The notes beneath the pieces are model-generated. The model had not been told where the DNA came from. It was given only the letters and a program-made list of their open reading frames with translations, and searched no databases. Positions 38,668 through 49,477 of a stretch of 64,000 nucleotides of DNA are shown here, piece by piece (the first letter of the stretch is position 1; every line of letters starts with the position of its first letter). The stretch comes from Nannocystis bainbridge (lineage in GTDB: Bacteria > Myxococcota_A > Polyangia > Nannocystales > Nannocystaceae): NCBI RefSeq assembly GCF_028368995.1, contig NZ_JAQNDL010000003.1:2912001-2976000 (forward strand), read 5' to 3'. Made by a program: the position numbers and the translations under genes.

Positions 38668-39654
38668 TCAAGGCGCCAGGATCGCCGCCAGCTCCGCCGG
38701 CCAGGGCGCCGTGAACTGCACCATCTCGCGGGACTGCGGGTGCGGCAGCGTCAGCCCGGCGGCGTGCAGCGCGTGGCGTTGCAGCCCGAGCTCCGCCCCC
38801 AGCTCCGCCAGCTTCTTCCCGCCCTCGACCACCTTTAAAAACTCTTCCTCCGGCAGCCCGTACAGCTTGTCGCCGACCACCGCGTGCCCGATCTCCGCCA
38901 GGTGCACCCGGATCTGGTGCTGCCGCCCCGTCTCCGGCAGCGCCTCCACCAGCGTCACCGGCTTCTCTCTAAAGACTCCGTGGCGCAGCGGGCGGACCGT
39001 CGTCGCTGCTGGCAGCCCCCCGTCCGCCACCGGCACCGGCCCGATCTTGATCCGGATCTTCGACCCGATCGCGAACCCCAGTGACATGTCGATACGGACA
39101 TGTTCTTCGAGACAGCCGTGAACCAGCGCCAGGTACGACTTGCGGACCTCGCGGCCGAGGAACGCCTTCTTGAGCGCCGTCGCCGAGCCGCCGCGGCGGC
39201 CGAACACCATCACCCCTGACGTCTCGCGGTCGAGGCGGTGGGCCATGTCCCAGCCGTGGCCCGGGCCCAGGCGGTCGCGCAGCACCTGCGTCAGCGTGTG
39301 GCGGTGATAGCTCGCCGACGGGTGCACTGGCAGACCGGCCGGCTTGTCGATCACCAGCAGCGCCTCGTCGCGGTAGATCTCCCGGAAGTCGAGCACCACC
39401 TCCGGCTCACGCGGCGCCGGCCGTCGGATCACCAGCGCCTCGCCCGCGCGCACTCGCTGCGACGCGCGCAGCAGCACCTCGCCGGTGTCGGCGCGGCGGA
39501 CCTGGCCGTTGTCGACGATCGTCTGCACCCGCGTGCGCGACAGTCGGGCGATCCGGCTCGACAGGAAGCGATCGAGGCGAAAGCCGTCGCGGCCCGGGTC
39601 GACGACCAGCGGGATCTCGATGAACTCCTCCGGCGGCTCGCTCACCGCGGACAT
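38668..39654 (-). CDS. RluA/RluD family pseudouridine synthase with S4 domain
   Basis: RLDRFL S4 domain, DKPAGLPVHP, HRLDRETSG, TGRQHQIRVH. Confidence 0.95.
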   Translation of the reverse strand: MSAVSEPPEEFIEIPLVVDPGRDGFRLDRFLSSRIARLSRTRVQTIVDNGQVRRADTGEVLLRASQRVRAGEALVIRRPAPREPEVVLDFREIYRDEALLVIDKPAGLPVHPSASYHRHTLTQVLRDRLGPGHGWDMAHRLDRETSGVMVFGRRGGSATALKKAFLGREVRKSYLALVHGCLEEHVRIDMSLGFAIGSKIRIKIGPVPVADGGLPAATTVRPLRHGVFREKPVTLVEALPETGRQHQIRVHLAEIGHAVVGDKLYGLPEEEFLKVVEGGKKLAELGAELGLQRHALHAAGLTLPHPQSREMVQFTAPWPAELAAILAP

Positions 39655-39671
39655 GCTATTCTCGCCCGCAT

Positions 39672-40301
39672 ATGACCGAACCTGGTCCCAAGCCGACGAC
39701 CGCGAGTTCGCCCGAGTCCGCCCAGGGTGGCGCGCTGTGGGCGCTGATCGTGGGCGGTGCGATCCTCGTGGTCGCGGCGCTCCTCATCTTCTGGCCCGGC
39801 GGTGATACGACGGGCGGCGCGGCCGGGTCCGGCGGCAAGGGTCGGGGTGGCGGCGCCGGCCAGCAGGCCAGCCTCGCCCAGAGCGGCGGCGGCCCCGAGG
39901 CGCACGCGCTGGGCGTCGGCGCCCGCGAGTTCGACCCGCACCGCGGCAACGGCAAGGCCCGCGTCAACCCGGCCTTGCTCCCGGTCGGGCCCAAGTCCGA
40001 CTCGCTCGCCCCGCCGAAGAAGCCCAAGCCCGAGCCGACCAGCTTCCCCAGCGCCGCCGCCGAGATCGGCTACTGGGAGAAGAAACTCGACATCGCCCGC
40101 AAGGACCTGACCCAGCGCGGGGTCTTCCTCGAGCGGCTGAAGAAGGTCAAGGAGAACGCCCGCACCTCCGACCAGATCGAGCTCGCCGAGAAGCGCGGCG
40201 TGGTCGTCGAGAAGAACTACGCCGACCAGCAGAAGCTCGTCGAGGACCTCGAGAAGAAGGTCACCGGCCTCAAAGAGAAGCAGCGCCAGTCCGGCCTGTG
40301 A
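39672..40301 (+). CDS. Hypothetical membrane-anchored protein
   Basis: N-terminal TM, Gly-rich linker, C-terminal coiled coil. Confidence 0.8.
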   Translation: MTEPGPKPTTASSPESAQGGALWALIVGGAILVVAALLIFWPGGDTTGGAAGSGGKGRGGGAGQQASLAQSGGGPEAHALGVGAREFDPHRGNGKARVNPALLPVGPKSDSLAPPKKPKPEPTSFPSAAAEIGYWEKKLDIARKDLTQRGVFLERLKKVKENARTSDQIELAEKRGVVVEKNYADQQKLVEDLEKKVTGLKEKQRQSGL

Positions 40302-40316
40302 CCCGCCGCGGTCGCC

Positions 40317-40386
40317 TGTCCTTCGTGACAGGTCCCAAGGGGCATGCTCCTCCGAGCATGCCCCTTCGCGCATGTCCGAACAGCCA
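40317..40386. repeat. Array of 5 tiled 14-bp palindromes at a convergent junction
   Basis: TGTCCTTCGTGACA, GGTCCCAAGGGGCA, TGCTCCTCCGAGCA, TGCCCCTTCGCGCA, TGTCCGAACAGCCA. Confidence 0.85.
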
Positions 40387-40395
40387 GTCATCGCG

Positions 40396-41052
40396 CTACT
40401 CGGGCAGCAGCAGCCCCAGCGCGGCCGCCCGCTCGATCCGCAGGTCGGCGTAGGGTCGGTCCCAGCGCGGCGACGCGGCCGGGTCCCACGCCTCGACCGG
40501 CAGCAGCCCGCCGGCGGCCAGGTCGGCCAGCAGCAGCGCCTCGGCCTCGGGCTCGCGCGAGAACGGGAACGGGTTGCGCACCTGTCCTTCGGGCAAGCTG
40601 GGGTACACCGCGTCGTCGTCGGCGATCAGCTGCTCGAGCTCGCGGGCGCGGCGCTCCTGATGATCGATGAAGGCCGGCGCGAACGGCCCGACCCCGGCCC
40701 GCTCCTCCGGCTCGCGCCCGATCCACTTGGCCCAGTCGTAACCGTAGAGGAAATCGTGCACGTAGCGGAACCGGATCACCGTCGCCTGGCCGTAGAGCGC
40801 CTGCAGCCCGGCGATCTGGCGCCCCAGGGCCGCCCGCTCGCCCGGCCCCGCGCGCAGCAGCTCGGCCGCCAGCAGCTCCGTGTCCCAGAAGATATTGGCG
40901 GGGAACGCCGCCGCCGACGCCGCCTCGATCTCGCGCAGCGTCGCCAGCAGCTCGGGGGCCGCCGGCGCGCCCGCGGCCACCAGGGCGACGACCTCCTCCG
41001 GGCTGCGGCTGCGCGCGCGCGACGGGTCGAGCGAGCGCCCCGGCCAGCTCAC
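40396..41052 (-). CDS. Hypothetical protein
   Basis: GTG start overlaps the ubiA-family stop; FPANIFWD, IRFRYVHDFLYGYDWAKW, RNPFPFSREP look like conserved blocks. Confidence 0.7.
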   Translation of the reverse strand: MSWPGRSLDPSRARSRSPEEVVALVAAGAPAAPELLATLREIEAASAAAFPANIFWDTELLAAELLRAGPGERAALGRQIAGLQALYGQATVIRFRYVHDFLYGYDWAKWIGREPEERAGVGPFAPAFIDHQERRARELEQLIADDDAVYPSLPEGQVRNPFPFSREPEAEALLLADLAAGGLLPVEAWDPAASPRWDRPYADLRIERAAALGLLLPE

Positions 41053-42002
41053 GCCCACCCCGCCAGGCGCAGCAGCACCAGCGCCAGCGCCAGCGCCAGC
41101 GACGCGCCCCAGATCAGCCGGTGCAGCGCGGTCTTGTAGCGGCCCTGGGCCTTGAAGCAGCCGGTCAGCGCGTGCGGGCTCTCGCGGGTCAGCGCCCGCC
41201 ACGGCAGCGCCGCCGCCAGCACCGCGATCTGCACCGGGATCAGCGGGAACTCGCCGCCGCTGGCTCGCACCGCGAACATCCAGGCGATAAGGCCGGCGAA
41301 CGCCGCCGACTCGGCCGCCCGGCGCGCGACCCGGTTGCCGTACATCGTCGTCAGCGTCGCTTTGCCACCGCGGCGGTCGCTCTCCTCGTCGGACAGCCCG
41401 CTCGCCGCCGCCGACGCGAACGCCAGCAGCGCCAGCCCCGGCAGCGCCCAGCCGTACCACGGCGACACCAGCTCGCCGCTCTGGGCGTACGCGCTCCACC
41501 ACGGCACCAGCACCCCGACCCCGAGCGCCTCGACGAACTCGCCGGCCCCGCGGTCGTTGAGCCGCAGCGGCGGCGCCGAGTAGGCCAGCAGCAGCCCGAG
41601 CCCGGTCACCGCCCCGAGCATCAGCCCTGGCCGCCCCGGCAGGAACAGCTCGCCGCCCAGCGCCACCGCCAGCGCCATGACCCCGAAGCCCGCGCCCGCC
41701 AGCAGCACGCTCTCGGCCGGCAGGATCGCGTCGGGGATCGTCTTCGGCGAGCCCGCCTCGGGGAACATGCGCCGCTTCAGCGCGTCGACGTCGGCGTCGA
41801 ACCAGTCGTTGAGCAGCACCACGTAGATCGTGGCGAACACCGCGAACGTCAGGCCGACGACCGCGGCGGCGAAATCAAATGTCCCCGAGGACATGGCCCC
41901 GAGGACCTGTCCCAAGATCGCAGGAGCCAGCACCTTGGGCCAGCTCGCCGGTTTGACCGCGTGGAGCCACCGGCGCAGCGGCGAGGCGAAGGCCGGGTGC
42001 AT
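41049..42002 (-). CDS. UbiA/MenA family prenyltransferase
   Basis: Multi-TM; NDWFDADVD, YSAPPLRL, DEESDRRGGK.TL. Confidence 0.9.
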   Translation of the reverse strand: MHPAFASPLRRWLHAVKPASWPKVLAPAILGQVLGAMSSGTFDFAAAVVGLTFAVFATIYVVLLNDWFDADVDALKRRMFPEAGSPKTIPDAILPAESVLLAGAGFGVMALAVALGGELFLPGRPGLMLGAVTGLGLLLAYSAPPLRLNDRGAGEFVEALGVGVLVPWWSAYAQSGELVSPWYGWALPGLALLAFASAAASGLSDEESDRRGGKATLTTMYGNRVARRAAESAAFAGLIAWMFAVRASGGEFPLIPVQIAVLAAALPWRALTRESPHALTGCFKAQGRYKTALHRLIWGASLALALALVLLRLAGWA

Positions 42003-42005
42003 GCG

Positions 42006-43166
42006 TCAGCCCTGGGCGCGGGCCAGCTCGGCGTCGATCGCCTCCGACAGGCCGGCGACCGAGGGGTTGCCGTCGAAGTTCTGGCCGTTGATGTAGAAGC
42101 TCGGCGTGCCGCCGACCCCTGCCTCGCTGGCGATCTTCATGTCGGCCTCGACCAGCGGACCGACGCGGGTCAGGCACTCGTCGAGCTTGGCCTGGTCGAG
42201 CCCGACCTTGCCGGCCAGCTCCTTGAGCTTCTCGGTCGACAGCTCGCGCTGGGCCGCGAAGATCTCGTCGTGCAGCGGCCAGAACTTCTCCTGCTCGTGC
42301 GCGCACTGGGCGTACTCGGCGGCCGGGCGGGCGTTCGCGTGGAAGCTCAGCGGGAAGTGGCGGAACACGAACTGGACCGGCTTGCCCTCGTACTTGGTCT
42401 TCAGCTCCTTGAGCGTGTCGGCCGCGCGCGAGCAGTACGGGCACTCGAAGTCGGAGAACTCGACCACCTGGACCTTGGCCTCGGCGCTGCCGAGCCACGG
42501 CGAGTGGGTCGCGGCCAGCTCGAGCGCCGGCGGGCGCACGTCGGGCAGCCGCTTGTCGATCGAGGCCGTCGCGCGCAGCTCGCCGAGCATCGTGGTGAAC
42601 ACCTGCTCCGACTTCTCGGCGTTGATCGCCTGGATCACCTGGTCGCGGACCTGGTCGAGCGGCGGCGCGTCGGGCGACTTGCGGGCGCTGTAGAACGCCT
42701 CGATCTCGGCGTCGCTCGGGGTCGGCACCGCCGACTCCATGCGCCCTTGCACGTACTCGTTGATCGGCTTGCCCGCCTTTTCGGCCGCGGCGGTCAGCAC
42801 CTTCTGCTGCACGAAGTTCTCGAGCGCGGCGTCGCGCACCCGCGAGACCTCGCTGCAGTACTGCCGCAGCGCCTTGTTCTCGGCCTGGGCCAGCTGATCG
42901 CCGAGGTCTTCGAGCTTGACGTCGACGCCGTCGATGTGCGCGACCACCGAGCCGGGCGCCAGCTTGAGCGAGGCCTGCTCGCACAGCGACGAGCCCGGGG
43001 CGGTCGCGGCGCGCATCGCCGGCGGGCCCGAAGGCGCCTTCGTCGTGGAGGCCGTGGCGCCCGCCGCGGCGACCTGCGGCTTGTTGGCGGGCGGCTTGCC
43101 GCGCTCGGACAGACAACCAGCCGCGAACACGAGCGCCGCGGCACCGATCAGGGTGCGAACATGCAT
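42006..43166 (-). CDS. DsbA-like thioredoxin lipoprotein
   Basis: FAAGC lipobox; EFSDFECPYC, FRHFPL, GTPSFYING. Confidence 0.92.
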   Translation of the reverse strand: MHVRTLIGAAALVFAAGCLSERGKPPANKPQVAAAGATASTTKAPSGPPAMRAATAPGSSLCEQASLKLAPGSVVAHIDGVDVKLEDLGDQLAQAENKALRQYCSEVSRVRDAALENFVQQKVLTAAAEKAGKPINEYVQGRMESAVPTPSDAEIEAFYSARKSPDAPPLDQVRDQVIQAINAEKSEQVFTTMLGELRATASIDKRLPDVRPPALELAATHSPWLGSAEAKVQVVEFSDFECPYCSRAADTLKELKTKYEGKPVQFVFRHFPLSFHANARPAAEYAQCAHEQEKFWPLHDEIFAAQRELSTEKLKELAGKVGLDQAKLDECLTRVGPLVEADMKIASEAGVGGTPSFYINGQNFDGNPSVAGLSEAIDAELARAQG

Positions 43167-43289
43167 GAGCGGCGCGAAGGATATCCGCGGCCGTCGTCCG
43201 CCGCCACCGCCGCGGACCGGGGTCAAACACACGTCCCGGCCGCCGCGCGGCGATTGCCGGGTCCGCTGCCTCCGGCGTAGGTTCGGCGC

Positions 43290-44804
<1,515 letters not shown>

Positions 44805-44821
44805 CCGAGAGGACCTGTCCC

Positions 44822-46165
44822 ATGAGCCATATCCTCTTCGTCGCGGTCCTCGCCCTCAAGTCGCCGGCCGCCCCGGCCGCGGTCACGCTCGTCAAGGGCG
44901 GCGACCTCCACGTCGGCGACGGCACCGTCGTCGAGGACGCCACCATCATCATCCGCGACGGTAAGTTCGCCGCCGTCGGCGGCCCCGAGCTCACGGCCCC
45001 GAGCAACTCTGGGGTCACGCTCGTCGACGCCCGTGGCAAGATCATCACCCCCGGCCTGGTCGCCAGCGACAACCAGCTCGGCCTCGTCGAGATCGACCTC
45101 GAGGGCAGCACCCACGACGACGCCCGCGGCGGCGACCACCCGGTGCGCGCCGCTTACGACGCCAGCCGGGCCTTCAACGCCGAGTCGAGCCTGATCCAGG
45201 TCCAGGCGATCGGCGGCGTCACCACGGCCGCGGTCGCGCCCGCGGGCGGCTTGCTCTCGGGACAGGTCGCGTGGGTCGACCTCGTGCACGGCGACCACCG
45301 CGGCGCGCTGAGCAAGGCCGGCGTGGCGATCGACGGCAACCTCGGCCACAGCTACGGGGGCTCGCGCGCGGCCGCGCTGGCCAAGCTGCACGAGGTCCTC
45401 ACCGACGCGCAGGTGTTCCGCGGCCGCAAGGACGCCTACGAGCGGGCCCAGACCCGGCCGTTCGCCGCCCACGCGCTCGACCTGCAGGCGCTGCAGCCGG
45501 CGCTCGCCGGACAGATCCCGCTGACGCTGTCCGCCGACCGCGCCAGCGACATCCTCGCCGCGCTCGACCTCGCCAAGGAGTACAAGCTGCGGCTCGTGAT
45601 CGTCGGCGGCTCCGAGGCGTGGAAGGTCGCGCCCGAGCTGGCCGCCGCCAAGGTGCCCGTGGTGCTGCAGCCGACGCGCAACCTCCCGGGCAGCTTCGAC
45701 ACCCTCGGCGCCCGCCTCGACACCGCCGCCCTGCTCGCCGCCGCCGGCGTGCCCGTCGTCATCGCCTGGCTCGACGACTCGCACAACCTCCGCAACATCA
45801 CCCAGGAGGCCGGCATCGCCGTCGCCAACGGCCTGCCCTGGGCCGCCGCCCTGCGCGCGATCACCCTCGAGCCGGCCCTCGCCTACGGCCAGGGCACCAC
45901 GCACGGCAGCGTCGCCGTCGGCAAGGTCGCCAACCTCGTCGTCTGGAGCGGCGACCCACTCGAGCTCAGCAGTCGGCCCACCGACGTGCTCGTCCGCGGC
46001 CGCGCGATCCCGATGGTCTCGCGCCAGACCCTCTTGCGCGACCGCTACCGCAGCCTCGACAAGTTCGGCGCCGCCGCGCCATCGACGAACTCGAACGCGC
46101 GCCCTCGCCCCGACACCGGCGCCGCCGCGACCACCGCGACCACCGCGGCACCACCGCAAAAGTGA
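44822..46165 (+). CDS. Amidohydrolase family protein, metal ligands degenerate
   Basis: Same fold signatures (ITPGL, GGVTT, GKVANLVVWSGDP), but HxH is replaced by SDNQ. Confidence 0.85.
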   Translation: MSHILFVAVLALKSPAAPAAVTLVKGGDLHVGDGTVVEDATIIIRDGKFAAVGGPELTAPSNSGVTLVDARGKIITPGLVASDNQLGLVEIDLEGSTHDDARGGDHPVRAAYDASRAFNAESSLIQVQAIGGVTTAAVAPAGGLLSGQVAWVDLVHGDHRGALSKAGVAIDGNLGHSYGGSRAAALAKLHEVLTDAQVFRGRKDAYERAQTRPFAAHALDLQALQPALAGQIPLTLSADRASDILAALDLAKEYKLRLVIVGGSEAWKVAPELAAAKVPVVLQPTRNLPGSFDTLGARLDTAALLAAAGVPVVIAWLDDSHNLRNITQEAGIAVANGLPWAAALRAITLEPALAYGQGTTHGSVAVGKVANLVVWSGDPLELSSRPTDVLVRGRAIPMVSRQTLLRDRYRSLDKFGAAAPSTNSNARPRPDTGAAATTATTAAPPQK

Positions 46166-46203
46166 CGCCCCCGCCCGCCTCGCGGTATAGATCGAGGGTC
46201 CCC

Positions 46204-46584
46204 ATGACGAGTCATCATAGAAGCCCCCACCAGCTCGAGCACGGCCCGATCTTCTCGTGGCACCGCGACCACAACGGCTTCATCTTCACCTCGGGGCACG
46301 CCGCCGTCGACGTCGAGTCCCTCGGCATCACCCCCGGGGACCTCGTCGCCGAGACCCACGCGACCCTCAACAACCTCCGCCGCACCCTCGAGAAGGCCGG
46401 CTCGAGCCTCGAGAAGGTGCTGAAGATCACCGCCTACATCACCGACATGGGCCAGTTCGCCGCCTTTAATAAGGCCTACGCCCATTTCTTCCCCGGCCCG
46501 AAGATCCCCGCCCGCACCTGCATCGAGGTGTCGCGCCTGCCCTTCAACTTCAAGGTCGAGATCGAAGCCGTCGCGCACCTGTGA
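46204..46584 (+). CDS. RidA/YjgF family protein
   Basis: IFTSG, FNKAYAHFF, PARTCIEV, KVEIEAVA. Confidence 0.92.
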   Translation: MTSHHRSPHQLEHGPIFSWHRDHNGFIFTSGHAAVDVESLGITPGDLVAETHATLNNLRRTLEKAGSSLEKVLKITAYITDMGQFAAFNKAYAHFFPGPKIPARTCIEVSRLPFNFKVEIEAVAHL

Positions 46585-46587
46585 GCC

Positions 46588-47082
46588 CTAATCCGACGCC
46601 TCGTCCTCGAAAGCAAATCGACCTTGTTTGTCGAGGAAATCCTTCGGGTGCCGAACGGCGACCGCGAGATCACGTAGTAAGGCTACGTGATCGCCATCGA
46701 TCGCCACCATCGTGCTCGCGTTGCAGCGGAGCGCGCAGGCGGCGATCATCGCGTCATACTTGAGGTAAGTATGACTGAGGCCCGTGCTCGTCTTGACGGC
46801 GTGCAATTTTGCCATCGGCATGCGTAAGCCGAGAATCGTCGCTGCCCGCTCGTCGAACGCAACGACGGTGATCCCCTTCACATGAGGAATCGGTTGCCCC
46901 CTCTGGCGCATCAACTCGGCGATCGTCGGTGCAGCCACAAAGAGCTCACGACCCGTACTGCACATCGCCTGACAAAACTTGACACATTCGCGAGAGACGG
47001 GTTCCTCGGGTCGTTCACCGAGGAATCGCATAAAGACTCCGGTATCGACCATGGCAGTCGAAGGCAGTGCCAAATCACCCAT
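46588..47082 (-). CDS. PIN domain ribonuclease
   Basis: VDTGVF, TIAEL, YDAMIAACA, IDGD acidic PIN motifs; low GC. Confidence 0.85.
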   Translation of the reverse strand: MGDLALPSTAMVDTGVFMRFLGERPEEPVSRECVKFCQAMCSTGRELFVAAPTIAELMRQRGQPIPHVKGITVVAFDERAATILGLRMPMAKLHAVKTSTGLSHTYLKYDAMIAACALRCNASTMVAIDGDHVALLRDLAVAVRHPKDFLDKQGRFAFEDEASD

Positions 47083-47821
47083 CGAGCCGTCCCTTCTCGG
47101 GGTCGTTCACAGCGCGGTACCAGTCGCGCCATACGCGTTGCGGATCCACGTCTTCGTCGAGCGGTTCAAAGTTCATGAGTCTACCCGTTGCGATCGTACC
47201 GTCGAGGTCACGTGAGACCTTCGCTTCGATTTCGATCTCGCGGTACAGGTAAGGCCCTAATTTGCGGGCGGTCGTCTGATCCGTCTGCAGAGAAAAGTCT
47301 TCCTCTAACCGACTTTCAAACCGGATAATAGGTTGCTTGCCACCTATCCGTATCGGCCGCGCGCGGATGGAGAGCAAGGAATCGAGGGGAGGAGCTACAT
47401 CTTGTTCGATCGCCTTGAGGGGTCTGCTCCATGTCGCGATCTGGACTCGCGCAACTTCCCCTGGAGCGAGACGTCGCATGGCGTTCCGCGCCCGGTCCAC
47501 GCGCTCCTTTGTCCCGCGCGGTAGCTCTTCTGAACCACCGATCTGCCGACGCGAAAGCTCAGCCATCTCGCGCGCGAACCGGAGGTCGCTCGGTTTGGCT
47601 GCAATCGCCACGCACTTGTTGAACACTTCAAGCCCGACGAGATCGAGAGACTTCTCCTGCATCTCCGCATTGGCTTCGACGAGTGCGAAGAACGCAGCCG
47701 CGAGTTCGAGAAGCGTCGCGGTCTTCACGGTACTGGGCTCGAGACCAGGCCCATCCAGCTCAAGCAGCAACCGGTCGGGTGGGACGACGCTCGGCGCGTC
47801 CTCTCGGCTGCGGCGCGACAT
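47075..47821 (-). CDS. Hypothetical protein upstream of and overlapping the PIN gene
   Basis: 248-aa low-GC ORF; 8-bp overlap with the PIN ORF. Confidence 0.75.
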   Translation of the reverse strand: MSRRSREDAPSVVPPDRLLLELDGPGLEPSTVKTATLLELAAAFFALVEANAEMQEKSLDLVGLEVFNKCVAIAAKPSDLRFAREMAELSRRQIGGSEELPRGTKERVDRARNAMRRLAPGEVARVQIATWSRPLKAIEQDVAPPLDSLLSIRARPIRIGGKQPIIRFESRLEEDFSLQTDQTTARKLGPYLYREIEIEAKVSRDLDGTIATGRLMNFEPLDEDVDPQRVWRDWYRAVNDPEKGRLDG

Positions 47822-48393
47822 AAATCCATCCTATCACTTGCGATCCATCACGCCAAGTCGCCGTCCGTGATCCTGCGCATGGATCTTGTTCGGTCTGGAA
47901 TCTTCCTTCGCATTCGAAGGCGCGCCTGCCCTCAAGGTCGAGCTCGAAGCTGTGGTTCATCTCTGAACAGCTTCGAGGCGAAGGCTGCCGTCTCGAAGCT
48001 ACGGCTTGTCGCGCGCCCGACATCGTCACCCCATCCTGTCGACTGCCTCACTTTCGGTGACCTCGTCCCGCGCGTCCTCGACAGCGAGCTCGAAAACATC
48101 AAGGGCCAGTTCTCTGATGACACGGAGGCCGACCGACTCGGCCTCGAGGACCGCCACGAACTCTATTTCAAGACCGTCTCGGGCAGGAGACGCGCTCCTG
48201 GTCCTTGTGGACCTATGAGCCCGAGCCGGAACGATTGTCACTCGATTCGAGTTCAGCTCTCTCGACGACCCCTCGAAGCCGTCGGGCTCACGATAGCGTC
48301 GAGCCTGCCGGCATCCGGCTTTGGGCGCTCCAACCCGGATTTGCGACATCAGCGTCATTGCCTCGATTTTCGGTCGTGATAGCTTGCCTCCGC

Positions 48394-49272
48394 ATGCGGA
48401 CATTTTGCGCGTATTCGTTCTCAGTCTTCGCTTTTTTGTCGGTCGCCTGTAGCGACTCCGAGAGCCCGCTGACCGCCGGACCGATGGCGGGTCAAAACAC
48501 AGGCCCCTGTATTCAGGGCCAGTGCCTCCCGGGGCTCATGTGCTTCGCCGGCGCCTGCGAGCCCGCCGGCGGCAACAGCCAGGGCCACAGCAGTCAGCCG
48601 CCCGGCGACGACACCTCGAGCAGCGGCGGCACCGACCCCACCGAGGGCGCCACCGGCAGCGCCACGAAAGCGACCGCGGACAGCATCGACCCCGGCACCA
48701 CCGGCGACGAGCCCTCGAGCACGACCAGCGTCACCACCACCGGCGTCGACGAGACCACCGACCGGCCCTCCACCTCCGACTGGCCGAGCAGCGACTCCGA
48801 CACCGAGAGCGACTCGGGCAGCTTCATCACCTCGGACACCAGCGACGACAGCGGCAGCTTCATCGAGCCGCCCGAGGACGCCTGCGACGGATGCGGCGCC
48901 AACCAGGTGTGCATCGTCGTCGACGACATCCCGCAATGCACCGCCAAGTGCGACCCGCTGATCAAGGCCTTCTGCGGCGCCGACAACGTGTGCGTGCCGG
49001 TGGAGGACCAGTTCGCCTGCGCCCCGGACGCCTCCGGCAACACCGGCAAGGTCGGCGACGGCTGCATCTACGGCAACGGCTGCGACCCGGGCAACATCTG
49101 CCTCTCCGGCCCGTACGTGGCCGGCTGCAACGGTCAGGCCTGCTGCTCGCCCTTCTGCGACACCGACCTCGCCGACCCGTGCGTGCAGTACCAGATGCAG
49201 TGCGTCGCCTGGTACGAGATGGGCCTGGCCCCGGCGGGCCTCGAGGACGTCGGGGTCTGCATCATCCCGTAG
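48394..49272 (+). CDS. Ser/Thr-rich, Cys-rich myxobacterial lipoprotein
   Basis: LSVAC lipobox; C-terminal CDP...FACAPDASG...CCSPFCD...VGVC domain. Confidence 0.85.
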   Translation: MRTFCAYSFSVFAFLSVACSDSESPLTAGPMAGQNTGPCIQGQCLPGLMCFAGACEPAGGNSQGHSSQPPGDDTSSSGGTDPTEGATGSATKATADSIDPGTTGDEPSSTTSVTTTGVDETTDRPSTSDWPSSDSDTESDSGSFITSDTSDDSGSFIEPPEDACDGCGANQVCIVVDDIPQCTAKCDPLIKAFCGADNVCVPVEDQFACAPDASGNTGKVGDGCIYGNGCDPGNICLSGPYVAGCNGQACCSPFCDTDLADPCVQYQMQCVAWYEMGLAPAGLEDVGVCIIP

Positions 49273-49421
49273 CGACGCGCTTCGCGGCAGGCCGTCCGAT
49301 GGACGCCCGCCGCCCTTGAAAGCATCGACGCGCACTTCGAGAACAAGGGCAGCCTGCCAGCGCAGCCGCGATCGCCGGATCGCAGCTGCACTTCGCCCTC
49401 TTCGCCCTGCACTTATGCGAA

Positions 49422-49477
49422 TGTCCCGAGGGACATGTTACGAGGGACATGCCCTTTCAGGCATGTCCCTCGGGACT
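49422..49477. repeat. Array of 4 tiled 14-bp palindromes at a convergent junction
   Basis: TGTCCCGAGGGACA, TGTTACGAGGGACA, TGCCCTTTCAGGCA, TGTCCCTCGGGACT. Confidence 0.88.

Noticed and set aside
49422-49477. 14-mer as an MrpC/CRP-family site or a p53-like element
   Set aside because: MrpC/CRP-type sites span 16 bp (TGTY-N8-RACA), 2 bp longer. The RRRCATGYYY resemblance arises only at junctions between tiled units, and single sites lack it.
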